64,000 nt of DNA from the human T2T-CHM13v2.0 reference genome, Homo sapiens. Where the stretch lies: NCBI RefSeq assembly GCF_009914755.1, contig NC_060936.1; one strand, 5' to 3'. The notes beneath the pieces were generated by a model, which was given only the letters and a program-made list of their open reading frames with translations, was not told where the DNA came from and ran no database searches. Shown piece by piece: positions 41,481-54,552 of this stretch. Both the position numbers and the translations under genes were made by a program. Each line of letters starts with the position of its first letter. The first letter of the stretch is position 1.

Positions 41481-42670
41481 TGTTTCGCCATATACAAAAA
41501 TTAACTTGAGATGGATTAAAGACTTAAACATAAGACCTCAAACTATAAAAATTCTAGAAAAAAAACTCAGGATAAACTCTTTTGAACATTGGCCTAGGCA
41601 AATGATTTATGATTAAGACCTCAAAAGCAAATGCAACAAACCAAAACTAGACAAATGGGACCTAAACTAAAGAGCTTCTGCACAGCAAAAGAAACAATCA
41701 ACCGAGTAAACAGATAACCTACAGAATGAGAGAAATATTTGCAAACTGAATCTGACAAAGGACTAATATCCAGAATCTATAAGAAACTCAAACAAGTCAA
41801 CAAGAAAAAAAAAAACATTAAAATGTGAGCAAATGACATGAATAGACATTTCTCAAAAGAAGACATACAAGTGGCCAATAAACATGAAAAAATGCTCTCT
41901 GAAATGCTATATGAAAACATCACTAATTGTCAGAGAAATGCAAATCAAAACTACAATGAGATATCATCTCACACCAGTCAGAAGGGCTATTATTAAAAAG
42001 TCAAAAAATAACAGATATTGGTGAAGATGTGGAGAAAAGGGAACACTGATACTCTTGGTAAGAATGCAAATTAGTACAACCCCTCTAGAAAACAGTATGG
42101 AGATTTCTCAAAGAACTAAAAATAGAACTACCATTCCACCCTGCAATTCCACGTGGTTATCTACCCAAAGAAAAATAAATTATTCTATCAAAAAGACACC
42201 TGCACTTGTACATTTGCACAGCACTATTCACAATAGTAAAGTCATGAAATCAACCTAAGTGCTCATCAGTGGTGGATTGTATAAAGAAAATGTGGTATAT
42301 ATACACCATGGAAAACTATGCAGCCATAGAAAATGAAATCACATCTTTTGCAGCAACATGATGGAGCTTGAGGCCATTATCCTGAGTGAAATAACTCAAA
42401 AACAAAATCAAATGCTGCATGTTCTCACTTACAAGTGAGAGCTAAACAAAGGCTACACATGCACATAAAGATGGAGAAACTAGACTCTGGGGACTTTAAA
42501 AGGGGGAAATTGAGAGAGAGATGAGGGTTAAAAAATTACCTACTGGATACAATGTTTACTATTCAGGTGATGGGCATACTAGATGCCCAAACCTCACCAC
42601 TACACAACATATCCAAGTAACAAACCTGTACATGTCCCCCTCGGACTTATAAAAATTAATAAATAAAAGC

Positions 42671-43320
42671 ACAAAGTGGTTGCACCATTTTGTAGTCTCA
42701 TTAGCAATGAATGTGAGTCCCTGTTGCTATGCACTTTTGCTGGCATTTATTATCAGTTTTATTTTATTATTATTTACTTTTAGAAACAGGATCTTGCTGT
42801 GTCACCCAGGCTGGGTGCAGCGGCGTTAGCACAGCTCACTGCAACATTCAATTCCTGGACTCAAGTGATCCTCCCACCTCAGCCTCCCAAGTAGCTATTG
42901 TAGTCATTTAAATAGGTGTAGCCATATATCATTGTTAATTTGAAATTCTCTAAATTTCAAGACAAAATGACAAGTGGCCATCTTGACGAATGATGTTGAC
43001 CATCTTTTTAGAGGCATATTTGCCATTTGTATGTCTTTTTTGGTGAGGGGTCTGTTCAAATCTTTTGCTCCCCCCCTCCCTTTAATTGTTGAGTTTTAAG
43101 GGTTCTTTGTACAGTTTGGATATAACTAGATCCAAACCTTTGTCAGATAGGTATTTTGCAAATATTTTCTCTCAGGCTGTGGTTTGTGTTTCCATCTTAA
43201 GTGTCTCACACAGCAGACATTTTCAGTTTTAATAAAGTCCAACTTATCAATTTTGTCTTTCATGGATTGTGCTTATAGTGTTGTATCCAAGAGCTCATCA
43301 TTAAACTCATGATCACCTCT
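42671..43320 (-). mobile_element. Old L1M antisense continuation containing an AluJ right-arm fragment (~42757-42896)
   Basis: GTGGTTGCACCATTTTG and TTTGCAAATATTTTCTCTCA L1 motifs; partial Alu. Confidence 0.8.
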
Positions 43321-43859
43321 CTGGACTGACTCAGGTATTCTGAGTCAGCCTATCTGTAGGCCATTTTGCCTATCTGTAGGCCAGTATCTTCTTAGACCCT
43401 CAGTTCTGAAATCAGCAGAGATATATGAGGAAAAATGTGGCTGCATTTGCCAAGAATTGAGTCTTGAGACTGCCTATTTTGGGAGAAGGGTAGCAATGAC
43501 CATATCTACCACCATCTCCTGAACTGTGCATGAGGAATCCCCACATTTTCTGCCCCTTTTTCTACTCCTGCCTGGCACCATACCTTCAGGTGTACCTACC
43601 AGCTCAATAGCGCCTGCTCAAGTCCTCCATCTAACCTTTGTGTCTTCACCTCTTGAGAGAAAATCTCACTAGAGAGATCTTGCTTCTGCAGAACTTTAAA
43701 ACTTTTTGCCAATTTGATCTCTGGCTAGGAGGATTAGGTAGTACAGTCTGCAGTAATAAGCATTTTGGGGCCAGTTTTTCACTGAGTGTTAAAGAAACAC
43801 AGATTAGTAAGACTGTCCTTACCCTAAAATGGGTTGGGAAGAGAGAAGACGGGGAGAAT

Positions 43860-44022
43860 TTTTTTTTTATTATTAATATACTTTAAGTTTTAGGGTACAT
43901 GTGCACAACGTGCGTGTTTGTTACATACGTATACATGGAGGTGGAGAATGTTTTTTTTAATTATACTTTAAGTTTTAGGGTACGTGTGCACAACATGCAG
44001 TTTTGTTACATATGTATACATG
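43860..44022 (-). mobile_element. Two tandem ~75-bp L1PA (PA4/5-like) 3'-terminal stubs
   Basis: TATACTTTAAGTTTTAGGGTAC...GTATACATG at 43860-43937 and 43951-44022. Confidence 0.92.
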
Positions 44023-45004
44023 GAGGGGGAGAATGTTAATGAAAGTGACAACTACGATTTTCTGTTGCTATCATTTGAGTGCTAGCTTCTTTATGACAGG
44101 CTTGTTTTTTGTTATCCTGGTATCACTGGAGCTTAGAAAATATCAGCACATAATCAAGCAACAAATAATAAGTACTCGTTGAATTAAAAAGTGATTTATA
44201 AAATTAAAGCCATTTTAAAACAAACCAAAAAAGCATTAAGAATTTAAAAATCTAGGAATAAAAATTTTGCATTGTCTTTCTTATTTTCTCATTGCCATGA
44301 ACCAGAGAAAATGTTTTCGGAAACCACTGAAATTACTTGGAATCCTGAAGACAGTTAAATTATATGCATGAAATTAAATAGACTTTTTCTTTAACAAGAG
44401 ACAGTATATTTTCCTTTATATCAAATTTTTATATGAATTATCTGTATTATGTTAATATGTATTTAATTCTTATTATTGTATGTTTAAATGATTTAAACAA
44501 TATTTATTTTATTCTCACTAAATCAAAGAGGGAATTAGTAATCAGGATATTACAAAGGAAGAGCATGACCTTACATCTACTAAAAATTGCAACTAACAAT
44601 AACCACAACAACATCCCAAAACAAACACACTTCAATGCAAAAATAAAAGTTGCATCTGTCAGAAAAGCTCATCAGAATAAATAGATTTAAATTTCCAAAG
44701 GCTATTTCATAAAGGGCTGAACATGCTGTTGAAAAAATGTAGATATAAAAGTTCATAAGAAATATTGATTCAATTTTTATGACTATGTAATTCTCATTTT
44801 TTTCAGATGCCATGTCAAAATATATTTGTTCCTCTTCTAGTTTTAGGATAATGAGACTGCTATGTGATATAACTACTTGGATGAATATTATCAGAAATCT
44901 AGATTTAACAGAGTCTATTGAGATATAAAATTTAACCAAATAATCTAGCTCTCAAATGTTTCACATTTTAAAATGTGAAACATAACCTATCTCTTCTATT
45001 CGTA

Positions 45005-45081
45005 TTAGGCTGGTGCAAAAGTAATTGTGGTTTTTGCCATAAAAGGAATGACCAAACTGCAATTGCTTTTGCACCAACCTA
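45005..45081. mobile_element. MADE1 mariner MITE (miR-548-family-type hairpin)
   Basis: TTAGGCTGGTGCAAAAGTAATTG...CAATTGCTTTTGCACCAACCTA flanked by TA. Confidence 0.95.
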
Positions 45082-45473
45082 TAGAACCTTAGATTTAATA
45101 AAAATGTCAGGTCAATTAGTTCATGCTAAGTATCTCCAAGTATCTGCTACTTTGTTAATCTCAAATTTAGCATGTTCCAAGAGAAACCAATTGAACTTTT
45201 TTCTTAGTTTCTCCCTCTTCTTTGACAAAGGCATTATTAACATTTTTCCAACCTGCCAAGGAAGGGCATACAATAATTAGAGATGCGTATGGCCTTTCTG
45301 ATGAGCAGAACTGGGTTGGATTGCTAGCTTTAAGACCCTTGCAAGTTGCTTAACTTCAAGTCTCAGTTTCCTTACCTTTGAAGATGGAACAATAATTCCA
45401 ACCTTACAACATCATCATGAAGATAAAAGAAGCTCTCAGATGTAAAACAAACAATTAAGAGTAGTAAATATCA

Positions 45474-45873
<400 letters not shown>

Positions 45874-46261
45874 TCAGATATCTTCCTCTATATTCGTATA
45901 CTATTAGCTTATTATATTATACTTGGATTACTGCAAATATCTCTGGGCTGGTATCTGTCTCTTCCCTTATACAAATCATTTTTCCCCCTTAATATTGAAA
46001 GGTAATTCTGAGATTCTAGAACACTAATTTCCATATGCCATTTCCTTGCTTTAGATATTTGACCTAATTTTTTCAGACCTGTTTAATCACCAGTTTAGCT
46101 TTCAGGACCCTCTCTAGAGGTGGTCATGTGTTATTGTGGAAAGTACAGATTTTGGATTCAAACAAATGCAGATTCAAACCTTGGGTATACCATCTATAAG
46201 ATGTTGAAAAGTAACCTGACCTTGCAGTCTCAGTTTCCTCAACTATAAAATAGTGTCTACT

Positions 46262-46491
46262 TGTGTGGTAAAGGGTTAATCCAGCAGGTCTGCACAGTCT
46301 AAATCCTGCACATTCCAAAGAAAGGTTTAGTCCTTACTCTACTCCTGGGAGATAACCTCTAAGCTTCTAGAATATACTGCCTGTTAAGAATGTTTTTGTT
46401 TATCTAAGCCCTTGGGCTACACCAAATAGTTTAAGCTAAGAAAGTGGGAAATGTGTGATTAAATCTGAGAGTTGTCTTGGTGACTTCAAAA
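46262..46491 (+). mobile_element. Internally deleted MER77-like ERVL LTR inserted in a MIR (~46120-46555)
   Basis: TGTGTGGTAAAGGGTTAA start; 5-bp TSD CTACT at 46257-46261 and 46492-46496; the MIR resumes afterwards. Confidence 0.75.
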
Positions 46492-47828
46492 CTACTTCTA
46501 GAATTTTTATAAGAATTAAATGAGATAGTTTATAAAAAGCATTTGGACAGTGCGTAGGGTGTTTCTCTCCTTTACAGGCTTTGTAAGCACTCCCCCATCT
46601 ATCCAGGCTTATACTGCACCTGTCTGTTTTCCTGCTTTTATCTTCTGTGTCATTGAGGCTGCATTTCACACTCAATACTAATGAGTTCTTGCCTATGCTG
46701 TCCTGATTGCCTGGACCACCCTGCTTTTTTCTTCTGTCAAAACAAAGCCTGTGTGTTGAAGTCCTCTCTTTTCTATGGATCCTCCACTGATTATTGCAGT
46801 CTTTGCTAATTTCTTTCTTTCCCTATTTTTAATTGTACTTTTAGCTGGTAATAGGAGCTGGGTGATACATTATGCATCTATATATAGGGTCTTAACTTGG
46901 AGGGAATGGAGTATGTTTTATTTTTCTTGGCCTCCCCATTGGTAGATGCTCAGTAGTTGACTTACAGATTTACTCTAAGCTTCTGACTTTGACCTCAAAC
47001 ACCATCTGGAGCATGTAACTTAGGTTGATGATAGTTGCCCTTGTTCTCAATTACCTAGGTACTTTCAACGTCCTAGTCCTTTTGCTGCTGTGTGCTCTTT
47101 GACCCTTCTGCTATGGGCCACGCAGGTGTTGACAGCAACAAAGATCACCTTCTCTCCTCTTCTTCACTCATTGGGTCTAGAAGGCCCTGAGGTTGCACAT
47201 GCCTCACCTGTGCGGGAGTGTGCATATTGTGTGAGTCCAGCTGGGCCACTGTGACCAAGTTCATGTTGCCAATTTATTGAAACATCTCACTCCTTAGGGC
47301 ACAACCACAAAATGCCTTTTGTTCCCCAATAACTGCTTTCTAACTGGGCCATGTTGAACCCACTTTCCAGTGGGGAGCAGTTCCTTTAATTACAAGTTGG
47401 CCAGATTTTGTAAGTTGCAGTGATGTTTAAAAAAGTAATTTTAACCCTATGCAGTTTAAAATTTCAATCTCAACTTAACTCAGAGCTCTCCTTCCTTTCC
47501 ACTAATAAAGACCAAACCTGCCACTGGCTTTAATTGGTGGTGAGGGGGTTGTCTCATTACACACTTATCCCTCCTCCCTTTTTGAGGGCTAGCTCTTCCA
47601 GTTCTTGGGTCAGGGAGAAGAGCAAAAAGAGGAAATATCTCTTACTCCTCTGGACAGGGTTGCAGTCTTCTCCCCGAATGGCAGACAGTTTTCCTGGTTA
47701 CTACTGATTTGCTATTGATCACATTTCTGAAACGCCTGTCCAAATGTTGACTCTATCATGGCAGGCATCTCGGAGTACTGTGAAGGGTCCCAAAAGGCTT
47801 CCGCCTGTGAAGTTCCCTGACATGAGAA

Positions 47829-48489
47829 AGGGCTGGCTTCATTGGTATGGGAACTGTGGGAACCTAGGGACACAGGGCCTCAAGTTCAGAATTCTTCCCA
47901 TCCCTCTTGAAGTTTAATGGTCTGCAGTTGCCATCTTAAAATTCTTAATTTTACCTTTAAGTTCATGTTTTGTAAGTGAAGTCCAGCAGGACAACAGAGC
48001 ATGGGTGGGTAGCTTGGAGCCTCAGCTCATGTGTGGCCCTGTATTTGTAATTTCCCTGCCTCCCTGGGCAAAGTCACCTTGTTCCCCATTCCCTGTTTCC
48101 TGGGGCTCTGCCTTGCCTCCCTCTCTTGGCACCTGCCTGGCTACTGCTCCAAACATTTGCCCAAGGCCATGAGGGAATGGCATGGTGGTGGTGAGGGGGA
48201 AGACTAAAGCTCTACCATCTCCTGACCTCAGACACAGGGAGGGTCTGGGTGGAGTAAAGCAAAGAGGTGCCTTGTGCCTTTGGTGGGTGATTCAGCAGGG
48301 GCCTCTTGGCTCCCAATACCTGCTCCCATCCAGGCACCCAGTGCATCTCTGTGCAGAGCTTGCAATCCTTTGGTGGTTGTTCCTCAGGTTTGGGTTGGAG
48401 CCAAGAAAGCACATGGGAAGGGGACATTGACATTTCCCACCCCTGCATTTTCTTTTTGTGCCAGGCTGCAAGTCACGTAGCTGGCCCTG
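47829..48489 (+). mobile_element. MER45-family hAT-Tip100 element
   Basis: TIRs AGGGCTGGCTTCAT...GTAGCTGGCCCTG; GCCATCTTAAAATTCTTAAT internal motif. Confidence 0.75.
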
Positions 48490-50050
48490 TGGGAGATCTG
48501 GCTCCATCTCTGCTGCTCCTACAGCCTTACTTCAGCCTCTACTGAAGGAGATTGCTTCCCGACTGCCTGGGAGGCTAATAAGGGAACTTAGAAGGCATAT
48601 CAAATCCATCAACTTTTTTTTGGGTGTCTACTCAATCCCAGGAAAACTCAAGTATGTTTCTTATGCTAATTGAGAGAAGTACAGAACTTCCCAGAAGGCT
48701 ACCACCCATACCTCTCCTCTTTTTATATGGCTGTGTTGGTGATGAGGGGTAGTTGGTGATAGGGCACCGTTCAGTGATCCCTGAGGGAAGGTGATTGGCC
48801 GTCTCCAAGATTTGGTGACTACCGGAATCTCTCTGAACCTCGATTATAGTGTACCACCTTGGGCCTTAGTTGCAATTTTGGGCAAAAGGAAAAATCCCTC
48901 TTGTCACCCTGTTTACAAAGAATGGAAGATAGACACTGGATATTACTAACTTTATTATAAAGGTATCTTATGAAATTCATCAGGGAACTCACAAATGTAA
49001 ATAATCTTTGAAGGGCAAATCCCACATAAGCTAGTGTTAACATTAATAGCTTCCATTTATTGCATGCTTACTGCATGTAAAATTATACACTCCGCTTTTC
49101 TCTCTCTCACACACACGCACACACAAATGTTCACACACTTATAAGAATGTGAGGCTTAAGCACTTTGCTCTAAGTCTCATGGGTAAGTGATCCAGCCGGG
49201 AATCATGTCCCAGACCCTCTAATTCTAAAACTCCACCCTAAGCACTACATAATGCTACCAAAGACAGAGCTTGAACACTTACAATTAGAAACATTTGCTC
49301 ATATAGAGAAAGACAATGGTAGCCAATTAAGGATGTACTTTTTTGAAGGCAGGACTAAAAATATCACTCACATAAACCACCAAACTAGTTAAATTCAATG
49401 CATATAGGCTTTATAGACTATTTTTCTTCTTAACCACAGGATTTTGTCCATAAAAACCAAGAAATTTCAGAGAAAGCTTTAGATTTTTCTTCTTTGAAAG
49501 AAATACACTCAGGAATTGCCTGAAGAAAACATGAACATGAAATTAGCACAGTAATAGTTTCTCTAGGAAAACAAAAATCTGGAGTTTCCCTGTAGCAAGA
49601 GTGCTTCATGCTTTAGAGCAGATACTTTGCTGGGGATAGAGCCAAAGTGGGTGAGCAATGTATTACAAAATCTAAGTGGTCAAATGAGTGTCTGGTAAAC
49701 CATGTCTATTTACTAAGGGCTACATTAACAATAGCTTTTTGGCATATTTCTAAAGTTGATTCTTGAGTTCTGCAAGCATTAATTATTCACAACATTTGTT
49801 TTCTCAACAAGGGAATACAAGTGACTGTTTTAAATTAGCCTATGTAGATCGAGATTATCCTCTATTGTTTCTATTAATATGAACAATTGACTACTCTCTC
49901 CTTGAGACTGTTTTTCTTAAGAATTCTGATTTGTACAGGAGGTGTTCATCACAGTTTGGCCACTGGTTCCTATGTATGCCCTTTGGGAAGCAGTATAGCA
50001 TGGTGGCTTTGGCATCAAATAGACCCAGCATCAAGTACTGGCTCCTTTAC

Positions 50051-50436
50051 TGTTATGAGAAAAACCTGAGATTGTAATGTCCCCCCAAACTGGGAAGGAG
50101 CTGATAGTGCAAAGAATGACTCAGACAAGTCCAGCTTGAAGAGTGGATGAGCTCACTCACTTACAGAGAATTCCTGGGCAGCAGCAAGACAGCTCCAGCC
50201 ATCTTCCCCACCTCCCATCTCTAAGTTGCTTTGAAGCTAATTTTCTGGCTCTTTGATTACTGCATATGTGCAATGAGAATGTTTTCCTAGGAATGTTCCA
50301 AGCTATGCTCCAGGATGTTGAGTTTCTCAGGGACACCTGCTCCTCTGCTGGGCACCATGGCCTTGGCTCACCGCCTGGCCTTCAGGGTTCAAGCAGTGGA
50401 CATACACCCTTAAGTAACATGGTGGGGGATCCATCA
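50051..50436 (-). mobile_element. LTR47-like ERVL LTR inserted in a MIR (~49985-50610)
   Basis: CCCCCCAAACTGGGAAGGAGC...ACATACACCCTTAAGTAAC; MIR halves on both sides. Confidence 0.7.
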
Positions 50437-51433
50437 TTGACTTGATAGCTTTGTGACCTTGGGCAGGTTGCTTCTGCATTCTCAGCCTCATTTTTTGCCT
50501 CTATCAAATGGGGTTATTAATAGCTCTTACATAGGATTGCTAGAACTAAATGAAACGAAGCCTATAAAGCACTAGCACTGTACTTAGCACAGAGTAAAAA
50601 CAATATAGTTCTCACATTCTTATTTCACTAAGGAAAAAAGTGTGTTTGGCGTGTTTTGCCCTGTATTGACTTATTTGCCCTGATTCACTTTACTCTACTA
50701 GTGCTGAACTTTATGAGGTTAATGCTGGTATCAGACTGGTGAAGCCCTCAGAATGGGTTTTCATGGAGAAAATGTGCTAAGTAGGTTCAATTTGAAGAAT
50801 ATCGATGCACTACACAAAACGAAGTTGCGGAGTTTGGTATTTTTTCTCATGGTGTATGCAACAGAAAGGTCCTTCACTTTTTATCCAAGTTAAAAGATAT
50901 GGGCATTTTTTCTTGCATTCTTTAAAAGAAATCACCTTTAGTTCCAAGAACATGACACTCCCCTATGAAGACAACAATGGGAAATGTTAACTATATAAAT
51001 TTTTTTTTTAACAAAACCAATAAAGCCATGTACACTAAATGGCAGTGGGAGAGAGGAAATGTACCACCCAATTTGAGTGAACCAGAAGCTTCATGATGTG
51101 GAGTGGCTGGGTCAGTCTCCACTTTGTGGAGCTGCCCATCCAGAGCCTGCTGTAATGTGGTTTTCCACAGCGCCCTAGTCCTGTCCACTTTAATTGGCTT
51201 CTTTATCAGACACATCGTGCCCCTCAGTATTCTTGTTTATATCTCTTTCTCCACCTGTCCAATATCTACATGGTAGCCAAGGCACAATTAAAGTACTACT
51301 TTTGGCATAATGCCATTGATTACTGCAGCTCATATTTGTCTGAATTTGTGGAATTGGCTGTTTATAAAGGGTTATCAAACAACGGAGAGGTCCATTACCT
51401 GGGGAACTTCCAAATCAGTCACAGTTGTAACTA

Positions 51434-52145
51434 CAGTTGACCACTGAACAATATAGGTTTGAATTGTGTAGTTCCACTTGCACAATTTTTTTCTTTTGAA
51501 AGAGGATCTCACTCTGTCACCCAGGTTGGAGTGCAGTGGTACAATCATGGCTCACTGCAGCCTTGACTTCCTGGGCTTAAGCAATCCTCACTCCTCAACC
51601 TCCCAAGTAGCTGGGACTATAGGCACACACCACCATGCCCAGCTAATTTTTTGTATTTTTTTTTCTTTTTAGAGTAGAGATAGGGGTCTCCCTATGTTGC
51701 CCAGGCTGGATTATACATGAATTTTTAAAAATGAAAGTTACACTGAATGTGCCTGCCTGTCCTGCCTCCCCTTTCACCTCCTCCACCCCTTCCACCCGAG
51801 ACAGCAAGATCAACCCCTCTTCTGCCTCTTCCTCCTCAGTCTACTCAACCTGAAGATGAGGGTGAAGACCTTTATGATGATCCACTTGCACTTAATGAAT
51901 AGGAAGCACTTTCTATTATTTTTAAATAACGTTTTCTTTTCTCTAGCTTACTTTATTGTAAGAATACAGTATATCATATATAATATGCAAAATATGTGTT
52001 AATTGACTGTTCACATTATTGGTAAGGCTTCCTGTCAACAGTGGGCTATTAGTAATTAAGTTTGGGGGAGCCAAAATTTATACACAGATTTTTGAGTTTG
52101 TGGGGGTCAGTACCCCTAACCTTTGTGTGGTTCAAAGGTCAACTG
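51434..52145. mobile_element. Tigger2a-like DNA transposon containing a 5'-truncated antisense AluJ (51486-51710)
   Basis: TIRs CAGTTGACCACTGAAC and GTTCAAAGGTCAACTG with TA duplications. Confidence 0.9.
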
Positions 52146-52219
52146 TATATCATCCTCTATGGCCTTCCCATTTCAACTTCTGTAGTTTGCTCGGGTGTCC
52201 AGCAGCACAATGATAGGGT

Positions 52220-52420
52220 GATAATGAGCATTTGAGCACCTACTGTATGCTAGGCACCATGCCAGGCTTTTTCTATATATTATCTTATTTAATCTTTTTA
52301 ATAGTCATATGAGGTGGTTGTTAGTATATTATCTCATTTTACAGATGAGAAAACCAATGCTTAGAGATGTTCAGTGATCTCACACTTGCCCAAGTTCACC
52401 TAGATAGTAAATTTGAAAAC
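52220..52420 (-). mobile_element. MIR
   Basis: CATTTTACAGATGAGAAAACC core. Confidence 0.85.
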
Positions 52421-54552
52421 AAGTCAGCCTTGTAGGTCACCAGGACCAGGCTTTATCATTCTTGGCTTCTCTTGAGATTTTGGGAAAGTAAAAATCTTCT
52501 ATGTGAAAAGTAATTGGGGTTTCCTGGCTTGAACCAGTCTTTTATTTATCCCCATGCTGCCTTAGATAATTGTTTAACTTTTCAAGACATATTTTCAATT
52601 TATGACAAAATTCTTTGGGAAAGACCCACGTTAGTACCTCATTCTCTACAATGACTAGTAAAGTAGTCATTGACTATTTTCAATAACTTGAAAATAACTG
52701 AAAAAGCATTTACTACTTTCTGCCTTATATTGATTTATTTAATCAAACCAATTTTGAAGATAGCTGTTTACCCACCTGAGGTTTTGGGCTGACCCTAGTG
52801 TGAGTTTAGTGAAGTCCTCTGTATGACTCAGTGCTTGAAAAGTTATCCCTGACTATTGCTATGGAAGTTCTAGATGGTACAGTACCAATTAATAGATATA
52901 TCTAAACAACATTTGTTATTGTTTAATGGACTAAGATATTTTCTAGAAATCCTTTTTGTGTGAGAATTGAAAAAAATTCCAAGAATTAGGCACACTTCTG
53001 ATGCTTGCTATGAGAAGTGATTTTTTTAACAATCACCATAGGATTCAGATCACACACTTTATGATACCATGAGTGTTTGCAGTTTTTAAAGAGAAAGTTA
53101 TGGTGCAGAATGCAAAAATGCTTTCTATAAAATATCTAGCTGCACAGTGTATAGTCAGTTGGGTGATTCTCTTCTACTTCCGACCACCAAATTTAGAAAG
53201 CCAGTGATAAAGATGAAGCCAGCTCTATATAGAGATGATATGCCTGATGCACTATCGAGATGGTAAGTACAAGAATAACAAAAAGGTTTCCTCTGATAGT
53301 AATTGAGAAGAATTCTGAGGCTGTGCCTAGGCTCAGAAAAGGAAAGCCACAATTGATTATTGATTCCTCACATACATGGAGAAGGGAGAGTGGCAGCTTT
53401 TATGCTAAATCATTGTCATACCTAGACCAGTGTTTTGTATTTCTTAGTAGTTGAAATAGCTTTTCCCTGATTCATGGTCTTTCCTAGTTTTCTTCTTTTG
53501 GTAAACGGGATATGCCTACAAGATGGCTCAACGAGTATGGTTATCAAAGGAAGCAAAGGTAACAGTTATAACCAGGGGACCAACTCCTGACCTTAGTTTC
53601 CTTGTGACTGAACTTTAATCACCTAAATTCAACAGTCAAAGATGAGCAAAGGCAAAATTATTCAAGAAGTAGAAGACAGGAGTTTGATCACGAAATAGCA
53701 CATTAAAATAACATTCAATTACACTCCATGTGTCCTGCAAGTTAGCTTTAATGCTAATAAAAACATATTTTGATGGTGAAAACCACTGCACAATCAGTGT
53801 GTTGCGATAAAAACCGGGGTGAGAATAATCTGTGCATTATTCTTTATTGTGTGTTTTGATTCAAAAGAAATTGTCGTCCAAATCCAATTTCAGAATCATT
53901 ATTTTTGTTGAAAGAATACTAAATATGAAAGGGAGGGGTCACAGCTTGAGTTTCTGATATAGTGCCGCACTTCTCTGGCAGAGTGAAGAACTGATATTTG
54001 GAAATGTTCTTGTTTACCTGTCCATCTAGAAAACATTAGAAATCACTGCCATCCAAGAAACCCTAGAAATCGTCACCGAAGGGAGCTCATAGTCCTCATT
54101 TTTTGGTGTAATATTTATGGTCACAATAAGGATTCATTCCTAAGATTCCAAAGTAAGTAGAGTTCTATAGGACTAGAAAATATTAATTTATCTACTTACA
54201 ATTTTATCTAAAAAATATTTTTTCCATGTCATTCTTAACATCTCTTTAATCTTTACATTTCTGACTTTATGGTAATTCCAGACAATTACTATCAGTGAAA
54301 GCATTTTACAGACTAATTTTATATATTTTTTGTGCATTCAAACTCTACTTTTGAAATGTATAATGACGATACCGCATTGGTTCTCTAAAGAGAGAATATA
54401 GTTCTGATATTCCTTAAATATTTTTATTTATTTTTATGTGCTCCTGATCTTTTCTAACCCTCCCTATCCTATCCTATTTCAATTAAGTCTTATTTACTGT
54501 TAACTTACTGATAACACATTTCTTCCACTTGGAGTTATTTTCTGGTATCTTA

